A stretch of 64,000 nt of DNA from Psammoneis japonica. Its lineage: Eukaryota. Under the pieces are notes generated by a model. It saw nothing but the letters and a program-made list of their open reading frames with translations. It was not told the DNA's origin and made no database searches. The position numbers were made by a program, and so were the translations under genes. This document shows positions 37,916-50,739 of this stretch, piece after piece (the first letter of the stretch is position 1; each line of letters opens with the position of its first letter). The stretch covers positions 555,138-619,137 of the forward strand of contig QPGO01000006.1 of NCBI GenBank assembly GCA_008632985.1. Reading direction: 5' to 3'.

Positions 37916-38280
37916 AGGCAAAGCACCTTCTCATTGCTTTGCATCGCAATCGCGAGATAGTTCGAGTCGTGCCTCCGGTTCCACATTAGAATGTAAGAAT
38001 GAATACGGTGAGCATCGTTGGTGACGATTGTGGTCTTTTGTCCCGTCTCGCTGAAAGCGTCCACTAAGAGTAGTATGATTGAGCATGGAAGTGCCGCGAA
38101 AGATAAGTACGGTGGGTTGCTCAGGACTTGAAAAGCAGTGAAATAGTAGGTCAAGAACAATCTTAGATCAATAATACATGTTACACAACATTTGGGTGCA
38201 TACTGACAAGATGATTTAACATCCAGAGCATCGTGCAAACATCTTCGTGTAGCTAGCAAGGCTTTAGCAGCACCCTCTCT

Positions 38281-39890
38281 TCATTCGTTTGTGAGCGCCG
38301 AAACCGCGAGATAGTTCACGTCGTCATCGTCAAACGACACTCCTGTGGATGCCGTGGAGTTGGTCCCCGGTGACAGGCTCTTACCGGTGAGGGAGGGCCG
38401 ACACTTGCGTTTCACGTGAACATCTTCTACGGAAGAAATGCTTTCTTCGTCAATGGAAACGATATCGTGACATCTGGACCTTTCGGCGCTTTGGTAGATT
38501 TCTTGTACAACTTCCGTCAACTCGCCACATTGCACCTCTTCACCGTTGATGTGTACCTGATTCTGAGATGCCGCCTTGCGCACCATTTCTACTGATGACG
38601 GGGAATGAAAGCGGCAGACGCCTACATGAACAAGGTGGACAGGAACATAATGTGAGCAACAGATGGCACTATTTTCTTCAATCAACCTGCGTACTTCCTA
38701 TCAAGACTTACCGTACCCACCGCTGCTCGACATAGCGGCGTATCTGATGGATCCAAACTCTTCCATTTCCATTTCTAAATCCTTGCTTGTTGTCTCGGTG
38801 CCGCCTAGGGCCCCTAAACCGCTAAGAACGACCGTGTCAGGGGACAGTGGCTCGGTCAATTCCATACCAAGGACTCCTGCGACCATTCGCATGATTCCTG
38901 CCGCCTCCCATGGTGACAGCATTCCATTCTTGACTTGAGAGATGACAGAGTCAACTTGCTGTTGCATGTATAGCTTTTTTCGTTCATTCGCATCTCTCTC
39001 ATTGTAAAAGTCATCGGCATTGTCTCGGAGCCAATCTAAAGCACCCAACAATGCAGTCGCCTCTTCGTCGATTTCCTCGTCGTCACCATCGGTTGAAAAG
39101 GATTCGAACAGTGAAGACTCGCTATCATTAAACAGGGAAGCGAAAATCCCTTTTGAGATCAAGTCATCGGTCTGCGGTACAGACTTTGCCATCGCCTCTC
39201 GAAGTACATCCAGCTTGCGCACATGCAACTCTGAATGGAGTTCATCTAGAACCAGCTCTGAATCCGATGCATAGCGTCGATGCCCGTATATAGAATCTGG
39301 ATCGCTACCTTCGCGCTTATCCTTCAACGATGCAATTTCATCCAATATTCCCAATGCGATTGGGCTATGTTGTTCCTCGACCAGGCATTCAACACTCTTC
39401 ATCTCAGTCTCTTGACATTGCACGTCCTCTTCAGCATACAGTAATCGTTGTCTGCCAATCACATCAGAAACGCCCATCAAAGAGTGAAAGCTCCTTCCGT
39501 CCAGAAACAAGTCGTACTGCCTGGTATCTGGTGCAACAATACCAGCAGGATCGCTTGCGTAAGCCTCAATGCGGAACTCAATGGCTTCATACTCCCAACT
39601 CAGTCTAAGCGTGGACTTTGGTTTACCACTCGATTCTATAACCGTGCAACTAATGTCATTGTTGTTCCACCGCAGCGTCCATTTGCCACTCCTGAGTGAC
39701 CATATCAGTCGAATCTACGGTTGATGAAGCGCATCCACGACCCAAACGTGAAGGTGAGCGAAAAACTACAAAACCATGTCGCCGGGATGGCTAGCGAGTC
39801 CCACCATGATGATGGCGAATCATCGCTGATCAAAAGACTTACCTCGTACTCTTGTCCATATTCACCGTTCGATGATTGCATCCTTTCCAT
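38281..39890 (-). CDS. Protein with an N-terminal beta-rich module (WS..SGK...QYDLFLDG.SF, FAIM-like) and a C-terminal RRM-like domain; stop or frameshift near 39720; intron about 38709-38623
   Basis: LIWSLRSGKWTL...RQYDLFLDGRSF; TVVLSGL...EFGSIRYA..GYG|VCRF RRM-like pattern. Confidence 0.55.
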
Positions 39891-40831
39891 CCCGAACCGC
39901 CTTGAGAAAGAAAGAATTAACAAAAGGGAAAAGTATAAGTAACGGGTAACGGCAGAAGCAGGAGCTAGAACAACCGGATTCAACAGAGGAATCTCAATCG
40001 AGAGTATGAAGTCTTTGTCAACCGAGTCATAGGGAATACTAACAAAGAAGAAGGTCATCCGCCTTTGGTGCTTACCATGACAGTTCTCTTTTCGTGCCGG
40101 CAATGTGACGGCCAACGTGGGAACACGACGAAGAAATCCGATAAAGGGCAAGCTGCACGCTCGGTCGCTCGTCATGGCACGATATTCTAGGTTGAGGCAC
40201 ATCAACGGAGAGTGCCATGCTCTGGATGGGTACCCTATTCATTGATAAGGTTGGATGGTCGTCACGATGTTGCTTTATCAGCTCCATCACGCTTGCACAC
40301 AAGCTTCTCTTCTTGTTGTGTTGGAAAAGAGAAAATTGCGATCCCCGATCCCACGAGTCGCTAAGTGCGGAAAACAATTAGTGTTGTCCTTTCTACAAGT
40401 TTTATGTACTGGAAGGTTACGAAAATTTTTAAACGTTTCACGGGATCGTGATATGACCGTCTCTCATAAATCTCTTCCATCAGCTGTTTATCATTATTTA
40501 TGACGAAATGACTGTGATTGACATTTCCATATAGTTCGTGAGATGAAACCAATGACCAAGTCGAATTAACCGAATGTTTGAATATTAAATATACTAATTT
40601 TGGAAATGAATAATTTCGAACGATTAAATTTGCAGCGTACCATCGGTACAGCTCTATACTGATCTAAAACACTGATACTGAAGAAGGTATCATCATAAGG
40701 CGATTAAAGTCGTTATAGACTTGAAATATTAGTAACGGAAATACTATGATCTATTGACTTTAACGTTTTCCATATGACATTGTTTACCCGTTTGAAATGT
40801 CATACGGTATGGAACATGTCCGTTCCACGTC

Positions 40832-41560
40832 TTGCCTGAGGAGGAGTCTGCGAGAACACGAATCATCTTTCTGCTTTCTGCTCTCACCACTGCCAATCCA
40901 AAGAAATCCCATGGCATTGCACTCCTCAAACACCTTGGTCGGCACCTGCTAAAGACATGCAACAAGGGCTGCTGTGTTCAGATGCCACCTGACTGCACAA
41001 AGAGTTTTGAGTGCTGTGTGGATGCTGATTTCTCTGTGGCAATTGTGACAAAGCACCCGCAGCTCAGGGGATCCCAAGCGACACGGCAAAGTTTCACAGC
41101 GGCTTTGCATTCTCAAGCATGGAAGAGCCCCACCATCCACTGGTCATCCAACTTATAGACTCAGTTTGCTCTCAGCAGCAGTGAGAGTGAATGCTTGGCC
41201 ATGCCAGCTCTGCTGCCAGGCAGCTCATGTTCTTCTTGAGGCACCCGCGCATCTGTGTTTGGACAAGGTCAACAAAACATTTTGCCCAGTGACAGCCACA
41301 CCAATGTCACTCTGCAAGCTGTTTGAGGGCAGCTTGGCAGCACTCAAAATCACCAAGGTTCTTAAGATGAGGCCCAGAATGCATCACATCAACAGCGCAT
41401 CTGCCGCCACCACTTCCCTGCTCAAAAATCACTGCCCATGGATGCCTCCTGACTGAGGCTGTCGGGGCTGAACTTCAACAGGCTGACTTCTTGACCAAGA
41501 TGCTCAACATGTCAACATTTGTGTGCCATCATCTGTCTCTTCAAGGATGGCAATTGTTTG
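40832..41560 (+). mobile_element. Ty1/Copia RT C-terminus and RNase H relic
   Basis: KHLGRHL, FECCVDADFS, FALSSSESEC, CKLFE, KMRPRMHHIN, QQADFLTK. Confidence 0.8.
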
Positions 41561-42474
41561 AGTGTGACATTGTGGATCATGCACTCATGCAGCACCAGCC
41601 TGGTGCCTCAAGCTGCGAGAGACCAATGATGGATGACTGCCACAACAACCGCCATCAACAAATGAACCAGTCACAGATCAAACAACAACAGATTGCTCTC
41701 ATTGATCCTGAAGGTTCAAATCAAAAATGAAGCATGTCTTCTTCTTGCTCTTCTCTCGTGCAAATGAGAACTTCTTGTTTTGGGCAAGTCTTTCACTCAT
41801 GTTTGTCTGTGTGGGCTCCGGCACACATGCCAGCCAGTCACTTCTTGTTTTTCTTCTCATTTGTTGTTGGTTGTCAAGCAGCCCAGTTTTAAGTCTCACA
41901 ATTTAAAAATTGGCAAATTCAAACCCTGCGTGATTGTCAATCTTTGCTGTTTTTTGGTCTCTGTGGTGCAAAATGCCGTTGACCCCCGCGCACTTTGCAG
42001 CAGCTCACAATCATTCATTCATTGTTGTCATCTTGTGCTGATCAGTTCATTCATGGAGAGGGGCTCACCAATGTGTTGATGCCACCCACTTGCACCACTT
42101 GACTGGAAGCAATTCTCTGTTGTCATGCAGCACTGAGCATCCAGGTCATGCTTCTGCTTCATTTTTTTTACTTTGGTTGGAGTTCTCTCTCTCTCCTCTC
42201 TCCTTCTCTCTCTCCAATGGGCACTGTTGGTGAAGTTCTCTCTCACTCTTGTCATTTTCATTGGTTCCATGTGGTGCTCCTTGTCTCTCGGCAGTGCCTG
42301 CACAACAGCAGCCATCATGTGAATTTTCTTGTGGCTGCAAGAAGAGTTGCGGTGTGTGTCCACACATTTGCACCCTGACAAAAATGAGTGCAATTTGCTT
42401 CTGGACTTGTGCTCTGGAAAACTCAGCTGGCAGGTGGCTTTCCCCTGCCCTGCATGAGGACCAACAGCTTGATT

Positions 42475-43167
42475 TCATGATGCTTCGCGGCCCATTGTTG
42501 CACTCACTGTGGACATCATGCAATGGTGTTGTGCAAAAGCTGCTTGCAATTTGTCCGGGAGAGATGGATCATCCTCAAGCCACTCAAAATCGCAAGGAGG
42601 TAGACCGGGATCATGCTTGGACTTCTTGTGCATCAGTCCCCAATGTTTGGTGCACCACAAATGCTTGGCCATGTGCTTGAGTGGATCACAACAACGAAGC
42701 TCAGCCGGGGCCTTGGAAAACTTGGACAAGGTGACAACAGGACAACCAACATCCAAATGACAACAGGAGCAGGCAAAGACCAACTCACCCAGAGCAGAAT
42801 GGCAAGAGAAGCCTTGGGACTCAGAGAGAGCATCATGCTCAGGAGCACCCTCTTCAGGGCCTTCAGCAGTGTGCAGATCAGGAATGCAATCAACCGGAAT
42901 GGGTGCAGCCTTGAAATCAGACTCAGATTCATTCGCAGCGAGAGCATCCCAACCATGGGTCTTGAAGACACGATCAAGGCAGCTGGCAACATTGACAGCA
43001 ATTGAATCGTCATTTTGGATGACATCAATGCCATTGAATTCAGCAACCAAGCCCAAATGCTTGAACGGAGGAGTGTCCTCATTCTCCATCTGGAGAGCCT
43101 TGCCAATGTGGTCGCAGATCTCTTTTGCAATCTTTTTGGAGGGACAAGCAAGAGCAAAAGAAGTCAC
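42475..43167 (-). mobile_element. Ty1/Copia (CoDi-like) reverse transcriptase relic
   Basis: FALACP, PFKHLG, FNGIDVIQ, GFSCHSALGELVFAC, DVGCPVVTLSKF, AKHL..TKHWG. Confidence 0.85.
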
Positions 43168-43980
43168 GCCACATCATCAGCCCTTGAGATTGTTGTTGTG
43201 TTCCGGTGTTGTGATTGGTTGTCCTTGTTGTTCAACTCAATTCAACTCAATTGTCGTGTGTGTTTGCCAAGGCAAAAACAACTCTGCTTTGCTGGGGCGC
43301 AGTGCCAACTGCTGCACTGAAAAAGGGACACCAGGTGGTGAGATGAGACAGCAGCGCCATTTCTCTTTTCTGTTTGCACTGCTGCCCAACTTTCAGACAT
43401 CCAACATGACCTCAGTTTCAACCCTTTTTGTTTGTCACATGAGATTCATTTGTTCCCTGCTGGCTGACAGCATTGCAAAACAACTCTTTTGGTTTTTGCA
43501 CAGGCTGAACACTTGCTTCACTCATTGAAAAAATTTGCACTTTTCTGGGACAAGAAGGGTTTGTTTTCATTGCATCCTGTGTTTTCATTCTTGCAGCTCA
43601 TCTGAGTTCATTTCCTCCAATTCAGGCAGCATGCACAGCTTGCCACAAGCTGTGTGAGCCTGTCATGTCTTTGCACACCATCATCTTCAAGAAGTTTGCT
43701 GTTGGGGGTGCATTGACACACAAGTCAACTTGGCAGAGCAGCTCTGTCTTTGGCTCATCTGCCACCTTGGCCTTTGACGCTGGTGCTTTCTTTGTGGCAC
43801 TGATGCAGCCCAAGAAGCCCAACGACCATTGGCTCTCAGTGCCAGCCACAAGCTTTGTTTGCTGACTGCCCTCCATGCTCCCCCTTCTTTTTGCTTGTTG
43901 CCTGTCATTTTCCACCCAAATTTGCTTCTCTTGCAATCTTAAATTTGCTCTCTCCCACCATTTCCTTGCTTGACAACAAT

Positions 43981-44040
43981 GCTCATCTCAAGCATGACTG
44001 CAGTGACCGTGCTCATCTCAAGCATGACTGCAATGACTGT
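43981..44040. repeat. 30-bp tandem duplication
   Basis: gctcatctcaagcatgactgca.tgac.gt twice. Confidence 0.85.
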
Positions 44041-44176
44041 GGCACCAATGTTTTGTCAGGAGCCCACCTGGTCAAAGTCTTTTCATGGATCTCATCACAC
44101 TGCCAGCAGTGCTTGGTTTTGTCAAACATCATGGTTGCAAAGCTTTTCTTGTCCTTCTTTGTGAGAATTCTTTCTC

Positions 44177-44566
44177 GACGCGTTCCAGCCCTAGGTGGGA
44201 CTCCGTGTGACATTGGGCCCGTAGAATTCTACGTGCGAGCTCCGTAGTACGAGAATTTAATTAATGGATATATTTATCTTCAACATCAAATAAACGGCCA
44301 AGTTTGTGGTACAATTATGCCTCTTACCACTCGACGTTTTTGCAACTTCGCCTGCCCTACGCGATTCTTAAGACATTGTAGAATCGCGCTGTAACAAAAA
44401 ATGTCAAAAGTTGTTACACGGATCACTCAATAAGTGTACCGTAAAATGACACAAAATATCAAAAAAATCACGTAGAAATCTACGTGCGCGACATACGACG
44501 AGACTCAAAAAACCATCGATGTCACAGTTCAGTAGTACGAGGTCCCACCTAGACCTGGAACGCGTC
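44177..44566. mobile_element. Putative 390-bp MITE with 30-bp imperfect TIRs and TCTC flanking duplication
   Basis: gacgcgttccagccctaggtgggactccgt (44177-44206) is inverted relative to acgaggtcccacctagacctggaacgcgtc (44537-44566); tctc on both sides. Confidence 0.6.
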
Positions 44567-47500
44567 TCTCAGCCAGCAACACAAAAGCTGCCAGCTTTAG
44601 AAAAAAGATGCCAGCCCACCCTCCACATTGTGGTGCAAAGCAAACATGAGAACAGCACAGCAGGCAGCAAACAGCATGCTGGTTGCATGTTTTGCAGTTG
44701 CAGTCTGAGCAAAGTTGCTGGTGAGTGGTGAGCGGTGAGCACACAATTTGAGCTCACAAAACAACAAAGCCAGTGTGGAGCCATGCAGGTGTCAGCATCA
44801 CGTTGAGTCTGTCCACACCAGCTGGCAGTTGAAACACAACAACAATCTGCTTGTTTCTGCATGATTTAGAAACACCATGCTGCAACCCAGCCCCTGGCAA
44901 CAGAGAGTGATTGGGGTTGATGATTGTTCACCTCAGCACTTTAGATGTGTGATGTGTGGTGATGACTGCAGCCAATTTGAGGCTGCAGCTCTGTGAAGTT
45001 GTTTTTTTTCCAGTGGGGTTGCACTTCTTGCTTTTGCCATGCAAGCCTGCATTTGATGAAGTGCAACGCACAACAGTGTCAAGACAGGCTGGCACATTTT
45101 TTCTGATTGTCTGACTCCTGAGGAAACATTTGCTCAGCTGTCAAAATTTTCAGCTCATGATGGCCCAGCTGATGCATCGATGAACAGAGTGGTTCTGCAA
45201 ACCACTTTTGCATTCCCCATCATTGCAACTCACCAAGCTGACACACTTTCACATTGGTGTGCTGGAAGTGTGGGTCAGCCTGCACCAGCGCCACCAGTCA
45301 AAAGAGCAGCAGCACTGAAAATTGGGTCTGCTTCATTCTTCATTTTGAAACAAGTTTTGTTGCTCATCAAAACTGTGCCGTGGTGTGAGTGTTTCTGTGG
45401 CAACCCCATTTTTTCCCTGTTTTGATTCTCCTCCTGCCTCCATTTTGTCTGTTCACTCTGCTCTCTCATGGGCTTGTTTCTGCTCTTCTTTTGCTTGCAC
45501 TGTTCTCACAATGACTTGGTGCTTTGTGTGAGCAAAGAGCAGCCTGTGACGAAAAAAAAAAAACAGCTTTGTTCCACAGCCCTGTGTCATCTGTTTCAAA
45601 GAGGCTCTGTTGAGTTGCATTTTTTCAGCACAGAGTGGGGTTTAGAGTGCTTTAAAAAGGGCAGCTCAATCACACATTTCTTCACCATGTTCCAAGGTTG
45701 AGTGAGTGGACTTTTGCAGATCAAATTTTCTGGGGCTTTCTGCAAAACAAGAGAGGTGCAGTGCAGGCACAAAAAGCCATCTCAGATGCCAACAAACTTT
45801 GCCATGTGACCCCGTGGGCTGTGGTGTGGAAGGAGTCAAGACCCATGAAGCTGGTGCATCTTCCTTCAGGAAGTTGTGCTGCTTGACTCTCACCTTTTGG
45901 GTGCTGAGAACCTCTTTTTGGATGGCATGTCCCATCAAGACAAAAGTGCATCACAGCTGCTCCTGGGTCAAGCAAGTGTGGTGCCAGTGTTGAGAATTTG
46001 CAGTTGATGCCAGTGAAAAATCACAGAAGTTTGCCAAGACAGAAAAGAAAGAGTGAGAGCAGCCCCAAGAAGAGGAGCCCAAAGCCACAAACAAAGAAAA
46101 ATGGGTCCTCCTCTGACAAACATGGGCAGAATGCCAGTGCTTTGCTGCCCTCTAGAAGAGATGTGCCTCCTGCTTCTTCCTCAGCAGAGCCAGAGTGAAT
46201 GATGGCAAATGGCACATGTTGCTGGATCTGCAGCTGGCCAAAACTCATCTTCCCCAGTCTTGTCTGGCAGCAACGGACACATCATGTTGATCACAGTTTT
46301 GGCACTGACTGCAAGGGCTGCCTTGTGCTGGAGGACATGGAAGTGACCTTCAATGTGTGGGAAAAGTTTGAGAAAGGAAAAAAACTTTCAGCTGGAGTGC
46401 CGTTGAGAGTGTTGTTGTTCTTCATGCAACTGCATTCTCAGAGATCATGTGTGCTCACCTGTGCAAAGACCTGTGCACAGGACAATTCACTGACAACAAG
46501 TCTGCAAGGAACTGATCAATGGGGTCATGCAGGGAAATGTGCTTTGCCAACAGAGGCATCAGCCCCCAATTCTGTGTGTGCCCAGGGGCAGAGAAACTTG
46601 GTCATCTCATCAGTGATTTGTCATGGCATGTGCTTGGTGTGCTGCATTTGCAAGCAAGCTTGCTCTGCACACTGCACATCTCTGTTGGTGTTTTTGTTTC
46701 TGAGTGCATTTTGCAGGAACACCTGGGTTTTTGAGGCTGACAATGTCTCTGTGCAGCTTCAAAGCCCAGTGGGCATGTGATCATCACACTGCCAAGTTGT
46801 TGATAGAAGGGTCCATTGCAACTGCTGCCAACAAGGGCAGCCACACAATGGCAGGCTGCAGATGATGGCTGCTTTTGCACGTCCCAGCATTGCCCGCCCT
46901 TGCTGTGCCACAATCCATGACTGCATTGCTGGACAGGAGCAAGCCTGCCCTTGAAGCTGTCAACAATGGACAGCCTCTCCGGACAGCCCAGCTGGCCATG
47001 GATGCAATTGGAGTGAATGGACATGCACCCCAGAGTGATGCTGAGCAATGCAATGCACTCAGCTCAAATCCAGCTGCTCATCTCAAAGACAAAAACCAGC
47101 CAACATGCATTGAGAGGCAACCTCAGCAGCAGATTCATCTCCATCTGCAAGAAGATTCTTGATGGGCAACAATCTGAGTGCCCAGAGCTGTGACAAGGAA
47201 GGGGCTGAGTGCACTGACACACCCAGTCTTCTTTGACACTGTCCAGATGGTTGAGTGGAGTGGAGGAGTCATGCAAAGCTTGTGAGCTTTTTGTGGAGCA
47301 AAGCAGGGATGCAGACAATGAGCCAGTCAAGAAGTGGAACATTTCTAGGCTCAAGAGCAGGAGCGCAGACAATGTGAAAGCATGGTTTGACAAGAGAGTC
47401 ATGCAGACACAGCATCCATGATGTTTGGACAAGAGCGGCTGGTGCTCCACCCCACGCTTGTGTTGGTTGACAAGAGTGGGCATTGGGCTGGTGGTGGGTG

Positions 47501-47690
47501 CATCAATTTCATCTGGCATGGCGGTACAAAGCTGGTCAAAGAGGCAGACAAGTGGGGCACAACCCACATGACTTTTGGAAGGATCCAAGTTGATGGATTT
47601 TTGCGCTGCAAAATGGATTCAGGAGGACCAACGACATCATTGCAGTGATGGAGGCAGATCCACACATTTGCTGAAGCCCCACAGGTCTGG
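44567..47690. repeat. Unidentified degenerate repeat relic (TA- and CG-depleted)
   Basis: About 3 kb nearly devoid of TA and CG. Confidence 0.6.
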
Positions 47691-47826
47691 TGTACCTGTG
47701 GGTCGCCGGCCCTCCGTTGGTCAGCCGTGTTCTCCACGTCCCATGCCGCCGACGTGTTGAGAAGCTTCCGCAAGGGGTAACGTGGCTCCACATTAGATCG
47801 AGAGGCCATCTTTGCTAAAGTAGTGC

Positions 47827-47934
47827 CAGCTCATGACATGCTTGGAAACTCATTCCGATTGTATCAGATCTAACTCTCTCTTTTCTTAAGTAGCAGCAGC
47901 TCATGACATGCTTTGGAATCTCATTCCGATTGTA
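47827..47934. repeat. About 37-bp direct repeat, 70-bp period
   Basis: cagctcatgacatgctt..ctcattccgattgta at 47827 and 47897. Confidence 0.8.
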
Positions 47935-48032
47935 CGTCTCGACTGTAATCCATGAAAACTGTTCTAAAATTACATGAGTACGGTCTGATGGCGAAATGGG
48001 CCGTTAAAATACCATCAGTTCAACCACCAACA

Positions 48033-48907
48033 CTAATCCTCGTAATTACTCCAATCCATGGTTACCGATTGACAAATCTCAGCTCCACCTCGCGCAATAT
48101 CCGACTCTATACCTTGTCGTCTTCGATTGCTTCCGCTGCACTTCAAAAATCGGGCCCGCACAGTTTTTCATCACACTCCAAGCATCTGTTCAATTGCCGT
48201 CGTGCAAGGAATTCTTTGGTTCTCTTAACAAGTATACACTCTTGAGACAGGTAAAGATGCATTGTTGAATACTACACACCATGTCATCCAACCAACACTC
48301 TTGACAGTCGGGTGTAAAGCCAACCGACTCGGCCATGCAATCCGACGCGGTTTTCGATAAACATCAATGCCTCGCCACAAAAAGAGCGACACGAGGTAAC
48401 CCTTGGTAGAACACCGTGTAGCACCGTCCGTTAGAGTACGTGTCGTTCCGGCATAAATTCCCATGTCGTGCAAATTGCTGCAACGCCCGCATGCACCACA
48501 GTGAGCAATGTTGTAATTCGTTTTGGAACCGAGTCTCGATTCGGAAACGTGACGAAATTATTTGTCTCGGGAGAAGCCGCCGCACAAACACGCTTATCAT
48601 TTGTGTACAGTTCCAATGATTCCTTGGCTTCGTCAATCGCAGACTGCTCAAAATGTGATCCAATGAGGATAATTGGAATTCCCATGAAAAGGGGAAGCAG
48701 CAGAAACAATAGAAGAATTGTTGCGACACGTGCCGGCCTCTTTTGTTTACCAGCAATTTCTCTTTTTCAACTTCATCTTCAATCGATGAAAACGAGGTTG
48801 ACGCTGTGCCTGGCGTCTTATCCAATAAGTGAGGGCGGCGGCGACGGACCTCGCTGCGGCCATTCATCATGGCCGCGTTGAAGATTTGCTTCAATTTTTT
48901 GCTTCAT
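48033..48907 (-). CDS. Cys-rich type II membrane or secreted protein, broken by several 1-bp indels
   Basis: Across frames: HCGACGRCSNLHDMGIY, VGFTPDCQECWLDDMVCSIQQCIFTC, CLECDEKLCGPDF, CSGSNRRRQGIESDIAR. Confidence 0.7.
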
Positions 48908-49108
48908 GTTGGTGGCAGCTCTGTCCGTCTGTCAACAATTAGGATGACGTCCATCAAAATCATTTCAATAAATTGAAGTTCCGGATTCCAAATCTTTTTC
49001 TACGTACTTTTCTACGTCTTTTTCCTACCAGTTCCACGTGGTACGTGTTGTTCCCACAAATTTGTGGCGCAAAAGTTGTTCTTTGTTCTTTGCATTCCGT
49101 TTTCCACC

Positions 49109-50241
49109 ATGACCAAGTCCGGTTTAGCCCAAGATTTGATTCTCTTTGCCGTTGCGGCCGCCTTGACGTTGGCTTGGCAGAAGCGGGCGTCCGCCAAGGC
49201 CGAAGCAGCATCGTCATCGTCGTGTCCTGCCGCTCCTCTGGTCAATTCCGCCTTTGTTTTCGTCAAGCCTCACGCCAACACGGCCGCTACTCAGAAACTT
49301 GTAAAGTCCAAACTTATCGAGGCGGGTATTGCCATTTTAAGTGAATCCGATATTGATGGCGAAACCATTGATGAAAAGAAACTCATTGATCAGCACTATT
49401 ATGCCATTGCCAGCAAGGCCACTATTTTGAGTCCCAAAGACATTCCCGTGCCGGCCGATAAATTCAAGGATTTCTTTGGAGAAGACTGGAGTGTCGTACT
49501 CAAAGAAGGACGCGCCTACAATGCCATGGAGGCGTGTCAGTACTTTGGATGCACCGCCAATGAATTGAACGATGCGTGGCAAAAGGCAAAATTGGTCAAA
49601 TTTGGTGGAGGCTTTTACTGTGGACTCGTCTCGGCTTCCTCCACAAAGCCACCCGCCTATGTCTTTAACGCGTTCTTCATGACGATGCGATCCAAATTTG
49701 TCACGCCGGGAACTAGCATTCATTGTTACGAAGTCGAGTGGAATCAAGATACGCTATCGTGGAGTGCCTTTCGCAACGAACTCTTGGGACCCACCGATCC
49801 GGCCGAAGGACCTGTTGGATCCATCCGAAGGACCATTCTAGATGAGTGAGTTATTTGTTTTTGCTTGTTATTTTTCTCTCTATTGATTCTCGATTTGCCA
49901 TAGTCTCACGATAAAATCCTTTTGTTCCTTTCTTTAGTTACAAATCTCTCGGATTATCGTCACAACCCAACAAGGGTGACAATGGCGTCCACGCGAGTGC
50001 GTCTCCCCTGGAGGGACTTGCCGAAAAGACCAATTGGCTCGGCATTGCCGTCAAGAAGGACGGATTTGGTAAGGCATTGTTGGATGCTGGCGTGTCGCTA
50101 AAAACTATCCAAGAGTGGTCTGTGGACCCGCAGGTTGCATTGCCCGATGGTAGCAAGGGAAGCATTTTTGATGCTGTGGAAGATATGGATGCCGATGGGT
50201 GTTTGGAAACGTTGGTCAAGATTAACAAACTAAACGCCTAA
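49109..50241 (+). CDS. Nucleoside diphosphate kinase family protein with N-terminal hydrophobic anchor; intron 49846-49937
   Basis: NSAFVFVKPHA, IDQHYYAIA, LGPTDPA..GSIR, DNGVHASASP (catalytic His). Confidence 0.9.
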
Positions 50242-50739
50242 GTGGATGGATGGAGTTGAGGGGGCGCCTGTACGAGGGCGAAGGGACTGGTGTAGTTTGA
50301 TTCAACAGCATGCCATTGTATAGAGCTTACGATAAAGCGCCGAGAAACAAAACGTTTAACCTCTACTCTAACAACTGTACCCAATCGTTGAAGGCCTCGA
50401 TTCTGGTCCTGATACAATTTGTTTCAAGTTATCCTCTCAGATATGTTCTTGTCCAGTCCAGTCAAATCCGAGCCATAAAAAAAGAGCAGTTTCTGTATTG
50501 TGTCCTTCCCGTGCGTATTTGACGTCGGATTTCAAACCAACCAATCACTTTCGTGATTCCCGAGACGTTGCCATTGTCCCATGATCTCCCAAAGACAAAA
50601 ATTGATCTTCATGCTACCCCTCTTGCAAGGCAGTGTGATAACGAAAACGCAAGCATGCCCATGCTATATCTTCCAATGATGATTTGTTGTGCCACTTGCG
50701 ACTTCTCTTCCTCTCGCTCAAAGTGAATGAACTGCATCT

